64,000 bases of DNA, from contig MCFH01000015.1 in NCBI GenBank assembly GCA_002104945.1, positions 372,001 to 436,000 of the forward strand, in the 5' to 3' direction. Each line of letters opens with the position of its first letter. Within the stretch, counting starts at the first letter, position 1. Both the position numbers and the translations under genes were made by a program. The notes under the pieces were generated by a model that saw only the letters and a list, made by a program, of their open reading frames with translations, was not told where the DNA came from and searched no databases. The stretch is from Piromyces finnis finn (lineage: Eukaryota; Fungi; Neocallimastigomycota). Below are positions 29,015 to 41,982 of the stretch, piece by piece.

Positions 29015-29128
29015 TTATTAATGATCATTATTAACCCATTTGTCAACACTTGAAAAAAAATACATATTATTTTCAGGGGATTGACAGATTGAATAATTTT
29101 AGGTATAGAATAATCATTTCATTAATAA
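29015..29128 (-). ncRNA. Box C/D snoRNA, SNORD110 (HBII-55)/plant snoR14-like; predicted to guide 18S Um at yeast-numbering U1231 (human U1288)
   Basis: Minus strand: box C AUGAUUA (29117-29111). A 15-nt guide UCAAUCUGUCAAUCC (29092-29078) is the exact complement of the conserved 18S sequence GGAUUGACAGAUUGA and is followed by C-CUGA (D', 29076-29073). Terminal box D is AUGA (29028-29025). A 10-bp terminal stem forms between UUAUUAAUGA (29128-29119) and UCAUUAAUAA (29024-29015). rRNA sequence and numbering were recalled from memory. Confidence 0.8.
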
Positions 29129-29216
29129 TATATTCATATAGCAATTATACTTTTTTAAAAATTTACCTTTATTGTACTTTTTCAATTTTTATTTTTTGTT
29201 CCATACAATAAATAAT

Positions 29217-29317
29217 TTATAAATATTTAATAGATCAGTACTTCTTAGAGAAAATTACTCATTGGCCATGCGGCCTCCCTGCTAAAGTTTTTCTTCCTCT
29301 CAATTAAATATTTATAA
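29217..29317 (-). ncRNA. Box C/D snoRNA, SNORD61/U61-like; predicted to guide 18S Um equivalent to human U1442
   Basis: Minus strand: guide CUCUAAGAAGU (29250-29240) is complementary to conserved 18S ACUUCUUAGAG and is followed by A-CUGA (box D, 29238-29235). A C'-like AUGAGUA and an internal GGCC-GCAU-GGCC hairpin are present. Box C is AGGAAGA (29298-29292). A perfect 15-bp inverted repeat flanks the gene (29217-29231 / 29303-29317). Confidence 0.78.
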
Positions 29318-29506
29318 TTAACTTTTTCTTATATTATTTATATTGATTACATTTTTAATACCAAAATAATAAATATAAATAATATTTTCCTTTCTCCTTT
29401 ATATCATTTTTTTACTATCAATTCTTTATTATTTTTTGATAGAGGAGAGGGATAAAATTAATGGGAATTTTTTTCATTTTATATCTATTGAAATCCTAGT
29501 TTAATT

Positions 29507-29513
29507 TGATTGG
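29507..29513 (-). promoter_or_regulatory. CCAATCA (HAP/NF-Y-type) box upstream of the snoRNA pair
   Basis: TGATTGG on the plus strand, plus a pyrimidine-rich TCCCTCTCCTCT tract (29452-29441, minus strand) just downstream. Function is inferred. Confidence 0.35.
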
Positions 29514-32466
29514 TTGAATTTATTAATTATATGTTAATCTTACAAATTATTAATTCTAATGACAAATAAAGTATAGAATTAAAAGTATAGAATAGATAAG
29601 TAGATAGTTAGACTCTAGGATAATAATGAAATTGAATTAAATGAAAGAGGAGTAAATCAAAATTATAAAAAAAAACTATTAATATGTATAACCTGAAAAA
29701 TATTTTAAAAATAGTTTACCATAAACTTTATATATCAATTATTAAATATTAATAAGATTTTTATGAGAAATTTTAAAAAAAAAATAATATAATGGTAAGT
29801 TGAGATTTGATTATTATTTATTATTTATTTTATTTTATGGTTTAATTGTATAACTTTTTATTATTTTATTATATTATTTAAATATTTCAGAATATTGTAT
29901 TAAATAAAAAAAAGGGGGGTTTATCATTGTACTTTTATTTTAATAAAAGACATATGATATATTATGGAAAAAATAATGATAATAATTATGTAAATATATA
30001 CTTTGAGGATAACTTGATTAGCTTTATTATAAAGTCGGTCGTTTACCTTAGTATTTAATGATGTGTTTCGTATATTGTTATTGTTATTTTTTCTCCTTTT
30101 TTTATTTTTATTTAATATATAGGAATTTTAATATTTCAAAAATATGATGAAATTATTGAATAATATAGAGTAAAATAATAAAAAGAAGAAACATTTGAAT
30201 AGTAAAATAATAATTAAATAGTAAAATAATTAACCCTAGTTATTGTTTAACTTTGATAACAGTTTTTTATGTTATCAAAAAAGTAAAAAGAAACAAGACT
30301 ATAATTAAATTTTTCTTTTTTATATATTTTTTTCTTTTTTTTTTTATAAAGTAAAAAAGTATTAATAATTAATAGCAACTTGAAAAATGTTATTTTTTTT
30401 TAAAAAAAAATTATTTGTATTTGTTAAATAATTCTATTTCAAGCATAAAACATAATTACAATTAAGTAATTATGAAAGATTCTAATTTTTATGTTGATGA
30501 CATGAAGATGTTCTTGTTTTTAAGTTTGGCATATAATTACAATAACAAAATACAATAATTTTAACAAAATTTCTAATATCTAATAATATAATTATCATAT
30601 AATGATAATTATATTACTAGGTATTAAAATTTTTTAAAAAAATAAAAATTATAAAGAATCTTTTAGTTCATACTTAATAAGAAACTCATGATATCGGAAT
30701 AAAATATTCTTTGATATTATTTTCTTAAGTATATTATTTATTAGTATTGCTAAGCTAATAAAAACTAAAAGAATTCTAGAATTTTTATTTTTTTTCTTAT
30801 TAATATTTATAAAAAGTTATTGGTGTTATACATATTATTGTATATTCTTGTCACTACTAAATAACTGAAAAAATTCAACAATTCTAAGTAAAGAAACACT
30901 TTTTTTTAGTTAGTCAACATATAGAACTATAATTTTATTAGAAGTAAACTATTAACAGTGACAAGTTTAAAAAAAAAAAATAACAAAATAAAAAAAAAAA
31001 ATAAAAATTAAAAAAAAAGAAAAAAAAAAGAAAATAAAAAATTATATATAAAATAAGAATTATAATTACTGTCTTTTTTTTTTTTATTTTATTTTATATA
31101 TTACTCGACATAACCCCTAATGAATATGTAAAGTAAAAAAGAAGGAAAAAAGAGTTAAGCAGTAGTAATACTTCTTATATATAACAATAGTATATATAAT
31201 TTTTTTTTTCTTTTTTTTTTCTTTTTTTCTTTTTTATTATTTTATATTTTATTTTATTTTTTTTTTTTATTTCATTAAATAAAATAGATTGAACAGAGTT
31301 ATTACCATACAATAACGATGATGATAATGCTTTATATCTATTTATTTTATGTTTTTTTTTTTTTTTTTTTTTTGTTTTTTTTTTGTTTTTTTTTTACTTT
31401 TTTTTTTTTTCTTTTTTTTAATACAAATTGATAATGGATAACATTTTTATCTGTTAGTATTAAATTTGTAATAAGATTTAAAAACAAATAAAAAATAAAA
31501 GTGAACCAACCATAAAAGTGTTGTGTAACCAAAAATTCATAGCTGTTTTTTTAATTAAATAATAAAAAATATTTTGTGCTTTTAAAGTACCTCTTTTCTT
31601 TATGTATATAAAAAAAAAATAACAAAATAGTAGGGTCCAAGTAAATGAAGTTTAAATGAATATTAAAATCATAATTTAAAATAACTAAAAAAAAAAAAAA
31701 AAAGAATTATCAACTCCTTTTATTACCTAAGCATTAATAATAGAAAGGAAAGTAATGATTAAAAAAAAAAAAATTTATAGTTACAATATGGTATATATAA
31801 AAATATTATTTTAATAGTAATAAATTCAATTGTTCTCGCTAGAAATATTTATAATTTAAAAATAATAAATCTTTAAATTAGTTATAATTATAAATCCATG
31901 TATAGGGAATGCATTTGTATAGAGCATAAATACTCTGATGTATATATATAAATAGAGAGAGAATGAAGTATTTTAATAATCGGATAAGATTATTCTTATA
32001 TAATATGTATATCTATTTATATATTTTTTAAATTTATATTTATTTATTAATAAATAGTATAGTATTAAATAAATTGTACTCTTATAATAACATGATAAAA
32101 ATAAAAAGGTAAAAACCATTTTAGAGATACCTTTTTTTTTTTTTTTGCAAGGATTATACCTCACAAAATTAAAATTAAAATTAGATTAAAAATTTTTTTT
32201 TTTTTAATTAATCAATTCCAATAAAATAAAAAGTTTAATAATAAAAAAATATTAAATAAATTAAAATTTTGATTTTTTTTTTGAACCATTTTTATATCGA
32301 ATGAACTTTTTTGATTCTGGTTATCGTTCTTTTTTATTATAAAACATAAAAGTTTTTTTTTAATATTCACTTTCTATTGTTTTTTGTATTTTAGTATTAT
32401 ATATCGATAAATAAAACAATATCATTTTAAATATCAGAATAAGAATAAAAAAGAAAAACAATTAAA

Positions 32467-35030
32467 ATGTCCAGTCGTTTTTCATTTAATGCAACTGATG
32501 CACATATTATAGAATTATCAAAATATAGACAAATCGCTTTCCCACAAAACCAGAGAAGACCAGTTCAAATTGGTATTGATATTGGAGGTTCATTAGCAAA
32601 GGTAGTATGGTATTCACAAAATAAAAATTCATATGCTGCTACTGGTGGTCGTTTAAATTTTACTAAATTCGAAACTGAAAATATTGAAAAATGTATTGAA
32701 TTTCTTAAAGAAATTATAAAGAAAGATAATAATGAAAATGGGTCAATGTCAAAACGTATTCTTAAAGCAACAGGAGGAGGAGGTAATATATAAAGAAAAT
32801 TATAATTTTTTATCGAATATTGATTTCAAATTTAAAATATATATTTTTTAATGTCTGTGAAATTTACAAATTATGAAATTTATAATAGCCATAAAAGTTA
32901 TTATAAATTACTCCAAATTTATTGAATATATTAAACAATTAACAATTAATTTAAAATCTAGAAATTTCTTTTAAATAAAATAATATTATTAAAATGATAA
33001 TATTTAATACAAAAAATACATTTTATCATTATAAATAATAATTATTATCAATGTAATTATATTAAGAAAAAAAAAAAAGAAAGAAAATTATTGTTATTAT
33101 CTTTATTATTATTACTATCATTATTTTGTATTTTAAATGTTTTTATTTTTTATTCTTTAATACTTTATTTATTTATTATTATTATTATTTTTTAATTATA
33201 ATATCTATTTAATTTGATTTTCAATGAAATAGCACATAAATTTAACAGTAAGTTTGTAATATATATAAAATTGAAATAAAAATAAAAGTTCATGTTATTA
33301 ATCTATCAACAATAATGATTTTTTTAGAATTATTAAATGATGAATTAAATGTTATTGTTGAAACTGAAGATGAAATGGAATGGTACAGATTTAATTGTTA
33401 ACTCTATATACAATGTACAATATATAAATAACTATATCAAGAATTTCTAATAATATTTTATTATAAATTATTTTTAAATGTTTTTTTAAAGTTTAATCAT
33501 TGGATTAAATTTCTTAGTTCATAAAATCCCTTACGAAGTATTTACATACAGTGAAACCGAAGCAGAACCAATGGTATTTGAGGAAAAAGTAATTGATGAA
33601 GAAGAACTTTATCCATATATTCTTGTAAATATTGGTTCAGGAGTAAGTATTATTAAAGTTACTGAAAATGGAAAATTTGAACGTATTGGTGGTAGTAGTC
33701 TTGGTGGTGGTACTTTATGGGGTTTACTATCATTAGTCACTAATGCTCAAACTTTTGATGAAATGTTAGAACTTTCAAAAAAGGGTCATAACGAAAATGT
33801 TGATATGCTTGTTGGTGATATTTATGGAGGGTATTTAAATAATTATATTTTCTATCTATAATAATTTAATTTCGAAGTAATAATTAATTCAAATTTCTTT
33901 CTTTTTTTTTTTTTTAAAAAAAAAAAATAACAATAAATTTTAATTTAAATAATATCTTCGTTAAAACAAAAAAAAAAAAAAAAAAAAAAAAAGAGATTAT
34001 TCTAAAATTGGATTAAAAAATACTGCAATTGCATCATCCTGTGGTAAAATTTTTAGAAAAAAACCTGAAGATAGAAAGAAGGTAAAGGAAGAAGATATAT
34101 CTCGTTCACTTCTTTATATGATTAGTAATAATCTAAGTCAAATCGCTTATTTAATGGCTCAACTTCATCAAGTAAAAAGAATATATTTTGGTGGTTGCTT
34201 TATTAGAGGTCATCCTGTTATTATGAATTCCCTTAGTTTTGGTATCCGATTCTGGTCAAAGGGAACTATTAAAGCCTTGTTCCTTCGTCATGAAGGTTAT
34301 TTAGGTGCATTAGGTGCTTTTCTTAAACATCATGGTAATATACAAGAACAAGAACTTTTAGGATTTTCTGAAAACGTAAGTATTATAATTAAAAAAAAAA
34401 AAAAAATTTTTTTTAACATATATATATGTAAATTTTGATTTTTACTTTTCAATTTATTTAAAAATTAAATTTTATTATTTAATTTTTAAATTATATTGCT
34501 AATAGTTTACTAAAGCAGAAAGAATCAATACAACTGCAGTTAATGCTGTTGGTTTAATTGATATTGTACCAAAATTAACCTATTTCCCATTAATATCATC
34601 AGATGAATATCATCCAGATACATTTGATTTAACTAACCCTGAATTACAAAAATATTGGATCGATACATTTGATAAAAATCTACATAAAATGGTAGATATG
34701 GCTTTAACTTGGCAGAGTACTCATTATGTAAATAATATAGAAAATACTAAAATATTTGAAGATATCTATAGAAAACATCTACAAGTTTTAAGACGTGAAC
34801 CAAATGTAATTATTATAAATAAAATCAATAATATTTATATAATGTTATCATGTAAATAAGTTTTTCTTATATATATTATAATTTTATTTTTCATAGGCTT
34901 ACGGTCCATTAAGTGTTAGAAGGTATGAATGTATATTTATATATAAATATTTATATATTTATAGTTAAACAATAAAAACAAGTTAATAATAAGTTTTTAT
35001 ATCATATCTATTTATCGTATATTACTTTCC

Positions 35031-35083
<53 letters not shown>

Positions 35084-36832
35084 ACTATTTTGTTATTTTA
35101 AAAATATTTTAGTTTATTAATATTACGTGAACAATGTCTTCATGAAATGGTATAGTATTTCATTTATATATATATGTTTTATAATATTATCTAATTTATA
35201 ATATTTTTAATTTTTAGGGATTTGGAGATATTTTTGAACATGTAAAGCAAGAAGAAAAAGAATCAGCACTAGAAACACTACCAAATCTTCTTAAGAAGAT
35301 TGATGCTTTACCAGAATATGAAAAATTGGGTGTATTAATTGACAATGTATTGGCTGGAAATATGTTTGATTGGGGGTATGTTTTTTTTTTTTTTTTTATT
35401 TATTTTTCATATTAATAATATAATTAATAATGAAAATAATAAAATAAATACTAATAGTTAAATTTATTATTATAAAGAGCTAATGAAGTTCATAACATGC
35501 TTCAAAAGGGTGAATTAAACTTTGATTCTGCAAAGGTATGTATACACATTATAATATAAATTTTATTTTGATAATTGAATACATCATTATTTAGAAATAA
35601 AAATAATAAAATAAAAATTAATTAAACTCTATTAGTAATTAAACAATAATTAAAATGAATTAAAATGTGATAGAAGTCGTTAATAACGGCTCTTTTATAT
35701 TATTAATTTATTAGTCTGATTAATACATAATAATAATTAATTTATATTGTGTATATATTTGATAATTAAAAACAAAAGACAAAGGTCAAAAAGAGCGAAA
35801 AATATTTCAATTTGAATGAATTCAGAGAGAGGTTGGATTCAGGACCTCAACATAAGAGAGCTGTGATATTTGTTGATAATAGTGGTGCTGATATTGTTTT
35901 AGGTGTAAGGAGAATATTTATATAATTATTGATTTATTTAATATATAATTTACTAAATAAATTATATAAAAATATATTAAATTTATTACTAAATCAGATT
36001 ATACCATTTGCAAGATATTTATTAAACAGAGGAACTGAGGTATATTATCTATTGGTTTAATAAATATAAAATATTATTATTTGTATTATATTAATCTTTT
36101 TTTTTTTTTTTTTTATATTATAATTTCATTATAATATTGTAGGTTATTCTTGCAGCCAATACCCATCCATGCGTTAATGATGTTACAGTAAATATGCCAT
36201 AGATAAATTTTATGTATTAAAATATTATATATATGAATTCTAATGGATAATATAATATATTTAAATTTTATCTAAAAGTATACTGATTTATTAGAAATTA
36301 TCGAAAAAGTTTGTACTTTTGATGATATCATTAATGATGCCTATAATAAATTTGGTAGACTTATGATCCATGAAACTGGAAGTGGATCACCATGTTTAGA
36401 TCTAAGAAATATCAACTGTGATTTAGCAAATGTTTGTGAAAGTGTCGATTTAGTAATTATTGAAGGTATGGGTAGAGCTATGCATACAAATTTCCATGCA
36501 AAATTTATATGTGATTCTCTTAAATTAGCAGGTAAATAAATTTTGATTAACAATCTTATTTAATAATTTTTTTTTTTTTTTTTTTTTAATATTAAACAAA
36601 ATTATATTTTATATATCATATAAATTATATAATAAATATTTATATTTATGGTAAAAAAAAAAAAAAAGTATTTAAGAATGCTTCTGTTGCAAAAACATTA
36701 GGAGGTAATATGTATGATGGAATATGTCTTTTTGAAAGAGGAGAGACTTCTCTCGGTGGTATTCGTGCAAAAGCAAGAAGATCAACTTTCAGTGAAATTT
36801 TAGAAACGGGGCGCTTTTCATTTTCTTGTTAA
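32467..36832 (+). CDS. Type II pantothenate kinase fused to a DUF89/ARMT1-like phosphatase domain (PANK4/plant PANK2 architecture)
   Basis: Kinase motifs: IGIDIGGSLAK, TGGG-AHKF, EDEMECL, YPYILVNIGSGVS, ERIGGSSLGGGT and FLRHEGYLGALGA. DUF89 motifs: LAGNMFDWG, IFVDNSGADIVLG, NDVT and IIEGMGRAMHTN. Stop is TAA at 36830-36832. Confidence 0.92.
33233..33247 (+). other. 15-nt micro-exon of the pantothenate kinase gene
   Basis: ATAG|CACATAAATTTAACA|GTAAGT. Splicing it in completes TGGG-AHKFN-K and keeps the frame with the neighbouring exons. Confidence 0.8.
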
Positions 36833-37597
36833 TTTTTTTAAAGTTTTTTTCTAATAATTTTATTTTTATATTGTTTTTCTTTTTAATGGAAATAGTATAA
36901 AAATAATAGTGATTTGAAAAAGAAAAAAAAAATAATAATAATAATAACTAAATGAAAATATAAACTTTTTTTTTAAAAAAAAAAAAAAAAGATTAATTCT
37001 ATTAAAAAAATTATAACTTAATAATAAAAATTGAATTTTTATAAATAATAATGTATATATACTCTTACTATTTTATGAATAATAATGCATCATATTTTAT
37101 TAAATAAAGCTAAAAACACTATGTTTTATTTTAAAAAGAGCAACCAATTTATATTTAAGGAAAACAAAGTTGTTTTTTTTTTTTATTATTTTTTAAATTT
37201 TTATTTACGATAGATGCATTTGATAATAATGCTATTATTATTATTATTATTATTTATATAGTTTAAAAATATCTACTTATTTTGTGCCAAATAAATAAAC
37301 ATAATTATAATAATACAGATGGAATAATAGTTATAATAAATAAAATAAAATAAAATAAAAAAAAAAATAAATATTACATTATTATAAATTATTTTCTATA
37401 TATAAAAAAAGGGTAGTTTTTCAATTTTCATTCTTATTATTTTCAAGTCATAAAATTTAGGTATTATTTAAAACCAGCCGGAAAATGATTAAATATGTAT
37501 TATACAAATTTTTGATTTGTAATTAAAAAAAAAAAAAAAAAATAATAATAATAATAATAAAAATAAAAATAAATAAATAAATTTATATAGAATAAAT

Positions 37598-38768
37598 TTA
37601 TCCGTTTTTTGAATAAACGGAATAAATGTCTGAAGAACTAATTAAATTTTCAATAGAATCCTTATACTTTCTTGCATATGGCCAAATATTAGAAAGTCTA
37701 GTAATAACTAGTTGATTTAATTTTATTAATTTAAAGGTATGTTCTAATTTTTCTTTTGGGTAATCTTCTGGTGGGTAAATTAATACTAATATATGATTTA
37801 AAGTAGACTTATAATAAAAAAAAAAAAAAAAAGATTTTTGAAAATGTCAAAATAAAGATTTTATATACAAAATAATGATATATAATTTTTATATATATGT
37901 TACAATATATACCTCGTATACTGCTTCAATAAGTAGTGGATTAAAGTGATCTAATAAAGGATTCAACATTAAATAGGTGGATAACAGTGAACTAATATTT
38001 GCAGCCATTATTTCACATATTTTAAAACTATTAAATATATATATATATATAAGAAAGAAACTGATTACTAATTTTTTCATTATTTCTACCATATAATAAT
38101 AATAATTCAAAATAGCAACAACAATGATGATTATAATAATATATTTTTTTACCTATCAGTTGTTGGCCAAATAATATTTACAAAATTATTTAAACCTAAA
38201 TTATTTACTTCATTACTACTATTATTAATAATACTAGCTATATCCAATTGTCTTGCATTCATTGAGTTTTTTAAATTATTATTATTTGTTGAAGGTGGAT
38301 TTATTAAACTTATATTACTATTTCCTGAGTATAGAGATTGAGATTCTTGAGTTGAATTAGATTGATGAGAATTATTATCATTTTGATTATTATTTTCATT
38401 TGAATTGGTATTATTTGGTTGTTGATTATTCTTTCCCTTTTTACTTGCTTCCCCACAAATATTACAACTTTCACAATTACAATTACAAATTAAAGGTCTA
38501 TGTAAATGCATTTGATTCCAATTCCAGAGCATATGAAGATTTGAAGTTGAACGGAATATAGTAAAGTTTTCAGGAGTAACTGGTGAGGGTATTTCCTTAA
38601 ATTTCTCATTAAGATATTTCAACCAGTCTTGAAAATCGTAATCTAATATTATTAATTTTGAGAATGCGTTGTTATCAAAACAACAACAAGGATTATAATC
38701 ATATGGATTACTTCCTTCTGGTATTACTTTATAAATTAAAAAGAATCCAATATGATATATTTATAATT

Positions 38769-38805
<37 letters not shown>

Positions 38806-41566
38806 GGAAGAAGAAAAATTAAAATTATTAAATCCATTCATAAATAATCTAATAATATTAAATTCTACTAAAAATATTAATAATATATAAAGAAATTCAT
38901 TTAAAATTATCTACCTTGCTTTATAACTCCATTATCCTTAGTTTTACTTTTATATTTTTTATTTTTTTCATTTTCACTATTTAATAAAAATAATTTATCA
39001 TTTAATTCTTTTTTTTTATCACTTTGACAATGAATTAAAGCATTGAGTTCGCGATTATTTACTAAACCAAAATTTTCTGCTGTTAATCTTGTTAGCGTAA
39101 TTAATTCTTTTATATATCCTTCTGGGACTTCTGAACACATTTTTACATCTTCATTTTCTGCAAAATCTGCAATAAGATTATTTATTTCATTCGCATTTTT
39201 TATTGACATATAATCTTATTATAATTAACATATATTATATATTTAAAAAAAAATGCATATAATTAATTATCAAAATAAATACTAAAATCTTTTTATTTAT
39301 TATTTTTTTTTTTCAAATATATTTTTTATTAATTGTTTATAATAATAATAACAACAATTCAGTAATTTTTTAATTTAATATTTATTTACCTCTATTCATA
39401 TCTTCATTAAATGAAAAACTAGAAGTCATTGGAAAATTCTTTTTATCTAAATCATAATTATAATCATTCATTGAATTTCTGCTCATATAATTATTTCTCT
39501 TTTGATTTATATAATTATTTGGTATAGTAATTTCCTCATTGAATTCTTTATCGTCATCTGGGAATGGGACTAAATAATTATCAACAAATGAAGCTATCGG
39601 AATAGTTGAATTTAATAATGAAAAAACATTCAATATATATGTACAGTACCACAATCTTCTATGAAAATTTAATGATGCCTTTAATTTTAAATTCAATTGT
39701 TTTTGCATATTACTTAATGAATCATATTGAAAACGCATACTAAAAAGCATTTGCATAGCTAAATCTTTTTATATTTTATATAAGAATAATAAAATATTAA
39801 TAGAAATTATTAAAATTATTTCTTATATTTCTTATGAAAATTTTATGTAAAATAAGTAATTTAAAAACTATATAATTAATAAATTCTTTATAAAATTTAT
39901 ATTTCATTTTTACTTTCTTAAATTTACATACTTGCATACATTCTTGAAAAATGTAATTTATTTGAAAGAATTGAGAAAAAACTCAATATTAATAATGTTT
40001 GAACTGTGGTTATTTTTGGCTCATTAATATAAAGAGGCATCAATTTATATGCAAAATCATAATATTTCTCGCTTTCTGTTGGATCAATATTATAAATCAT
40101 ATTATTATCCATTGAAGAATTTCCTTTTTTATTTATTACAGGATCTAACATTGAAGTAATTGTATATAAACTCATTAATAAAAATGTTGGTTGACTATCT
40201 AATTTTTGAAGAAAGTCTGCTTTTTTAATAAATGGTATATTGTGATTAATGTGTGTAAAATATATTTTAATTAAATCCATTTTTATGTCACATTGGAAAT
40301 CTTTTTGATATTATTATAAAAGTATAAATATATATAGATATATGTATATAAATTATTTAATATCATTTACCAAAAAATTATATTTTCAATTATAATAATG
40401 CTTTACTGAAGATACCTTTCACCATATCATTAGAACTTATGTAATTTTCCATTAATAAATCATTAACATTTGTTGCTCTAAATCTTTTTTTTTTTTTTTA
40501 ATAAAATTTTTTAAATATTTAGTTATTATTCTTAGTTTTTTTATTAATATTTTTGATTCAATTCTTGGTATGTTACCTTCTTATTTCATTAATAAAAGAT
40601 TGATTTACACATTTTAATACTTTGGCATTCTTTCTTGCATCATTTTTATTTACTTCATTTTTCTGCTTTTTCTTTCTTGTTGATTTTACTTCTTCTACTT
40701 GTTTTAAATATATACAAGATTTAATAAACTTTATTAAGAATGCTAAATTTTTATGAACCTTATTTTACTATTTTATATATATATTTCATTTCAATAGTAG
40801 ATTTTATCATTAAATAAATAAATAAATTAATAAAAAAAAACTAATATACCTGCTGTTCTTTTTTTTGGTGATGCTTTTTCAGCGGAAGGATTGGCAACAA
40901 TTTCATTATTTGCTAATGAGCTTAAATTGGATAAAATTTCTTCTCTATTTTGAATTACATTTTTCTGAGAAATACTTAAGAGTGACTCAATATGGGCTAA
41001 TCTTTCTTCAAATGATAATGCAGAAGGTTGAACCAATAATGATCTTACTCTTCTTCTTGAATAGACACATGGTCTTTGATTTCTTGCACAGGTTGAACAA
41101 GTAGGAAAATTTCTATCACATTTTCTTTTATATTTATAACAACTAATTTATTTCATTTTATTTCATTATTTATTGTGTTTTTTTTTTAAAATTAAAAAAA
41201 ATAAAATAAAAAATAAAAAAAAAAATATTATATTAATACATATAAAACATTAATAAATACAATATTTCATTATAATATTTTTAATTGAAATAATGGAAAT
41301 CAATTAGTTTACAAATTTATCGAATATTAATTTTATGATAAAGTAAATTAAAAGTATTTTGGTTTAATTATTCATATAAAATATAATATTTATATATTAT
41401 ATTTCACATTACCAAATAAAAACTAAAAATATGAATATTATAATGAATATAAATTACGATCATTAATATGATGAATTAAATAACACTATATTTACTTATC
41501 GCATGCAGGTAATTTCCTTGGAGGTGCTTCTTTATCTTTTGTATTTGAAGTTTTTTCTTTTTCCAT
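37598..41566 (-). CDS. Zn(II)2Cys6 binuclear-cluster transcription factor with a fungal-specific TF (Fungal_trans-like) middle region
   Basis: ATG at 41566 (MEKEKTSNTKDKEAPPRKLPACD). It splices to NCYKYKRKCDRNFPTCSTCARNQRPC, giving CX2CX6CX6CX2CX6C. The middle region has LIKIYFTHINHNIPFIKKADFL, TTVQTLLILSFF and RRLWYCTYIL. The last exon ends ...SVYSKNG* with stop at 37598-37600. Confidence 0.9.
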
Positions 41567-41982
41567 TTTTTTTTTTTTTTAATACTTTCAAATTAAAAGT
41601 TGAAATGATTTGTGTTGAAATTATGTTTAATTTCTTTTAGATTATTATTACTTTATTTTTTAATATTCAATAATTTTGTAGCTAAAAAAATAGTTTTATT
41701 TTATTATGATTTCTTTTATATTATTATTTCCTTCTCTTTTTTTTTTTTTTATTAATTTTATAAATCGTTTATAACTTCAAGTAATACATCAAGTATTAAT
41801 TTAAACTTTTTTTGTAGAAGGTAGTAACATGAAAAAAAAAAAAAAAAAATATTAAAATTTCATTATTTTTTTCTTAAAAATTAATATAAAAAATTGTATC
41901 AAAAAATTAAATAATTTTTAATAAAATAGTTACATTTTATATTATTTTTGTAAAAATAAGATTAGAATATATAATAAAGAAA

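Noticed and set aside
28371-32466. Search for CRISPR arrays, transposases or terminal repeats in the long intergenic gaps
   Set aside because: No spacer-repeat structure, transposase motifs or paired terminal repeats were seen; apart from the snoRNAs it is low-complexity A/T sequence.
35660-35725. Possible intronic C/D snoRNA in the PanK gene (GTGATAG...CTGA with a small hairpin)
   Set aside because: Poor box C, no good closing stem and no recognisable guide.
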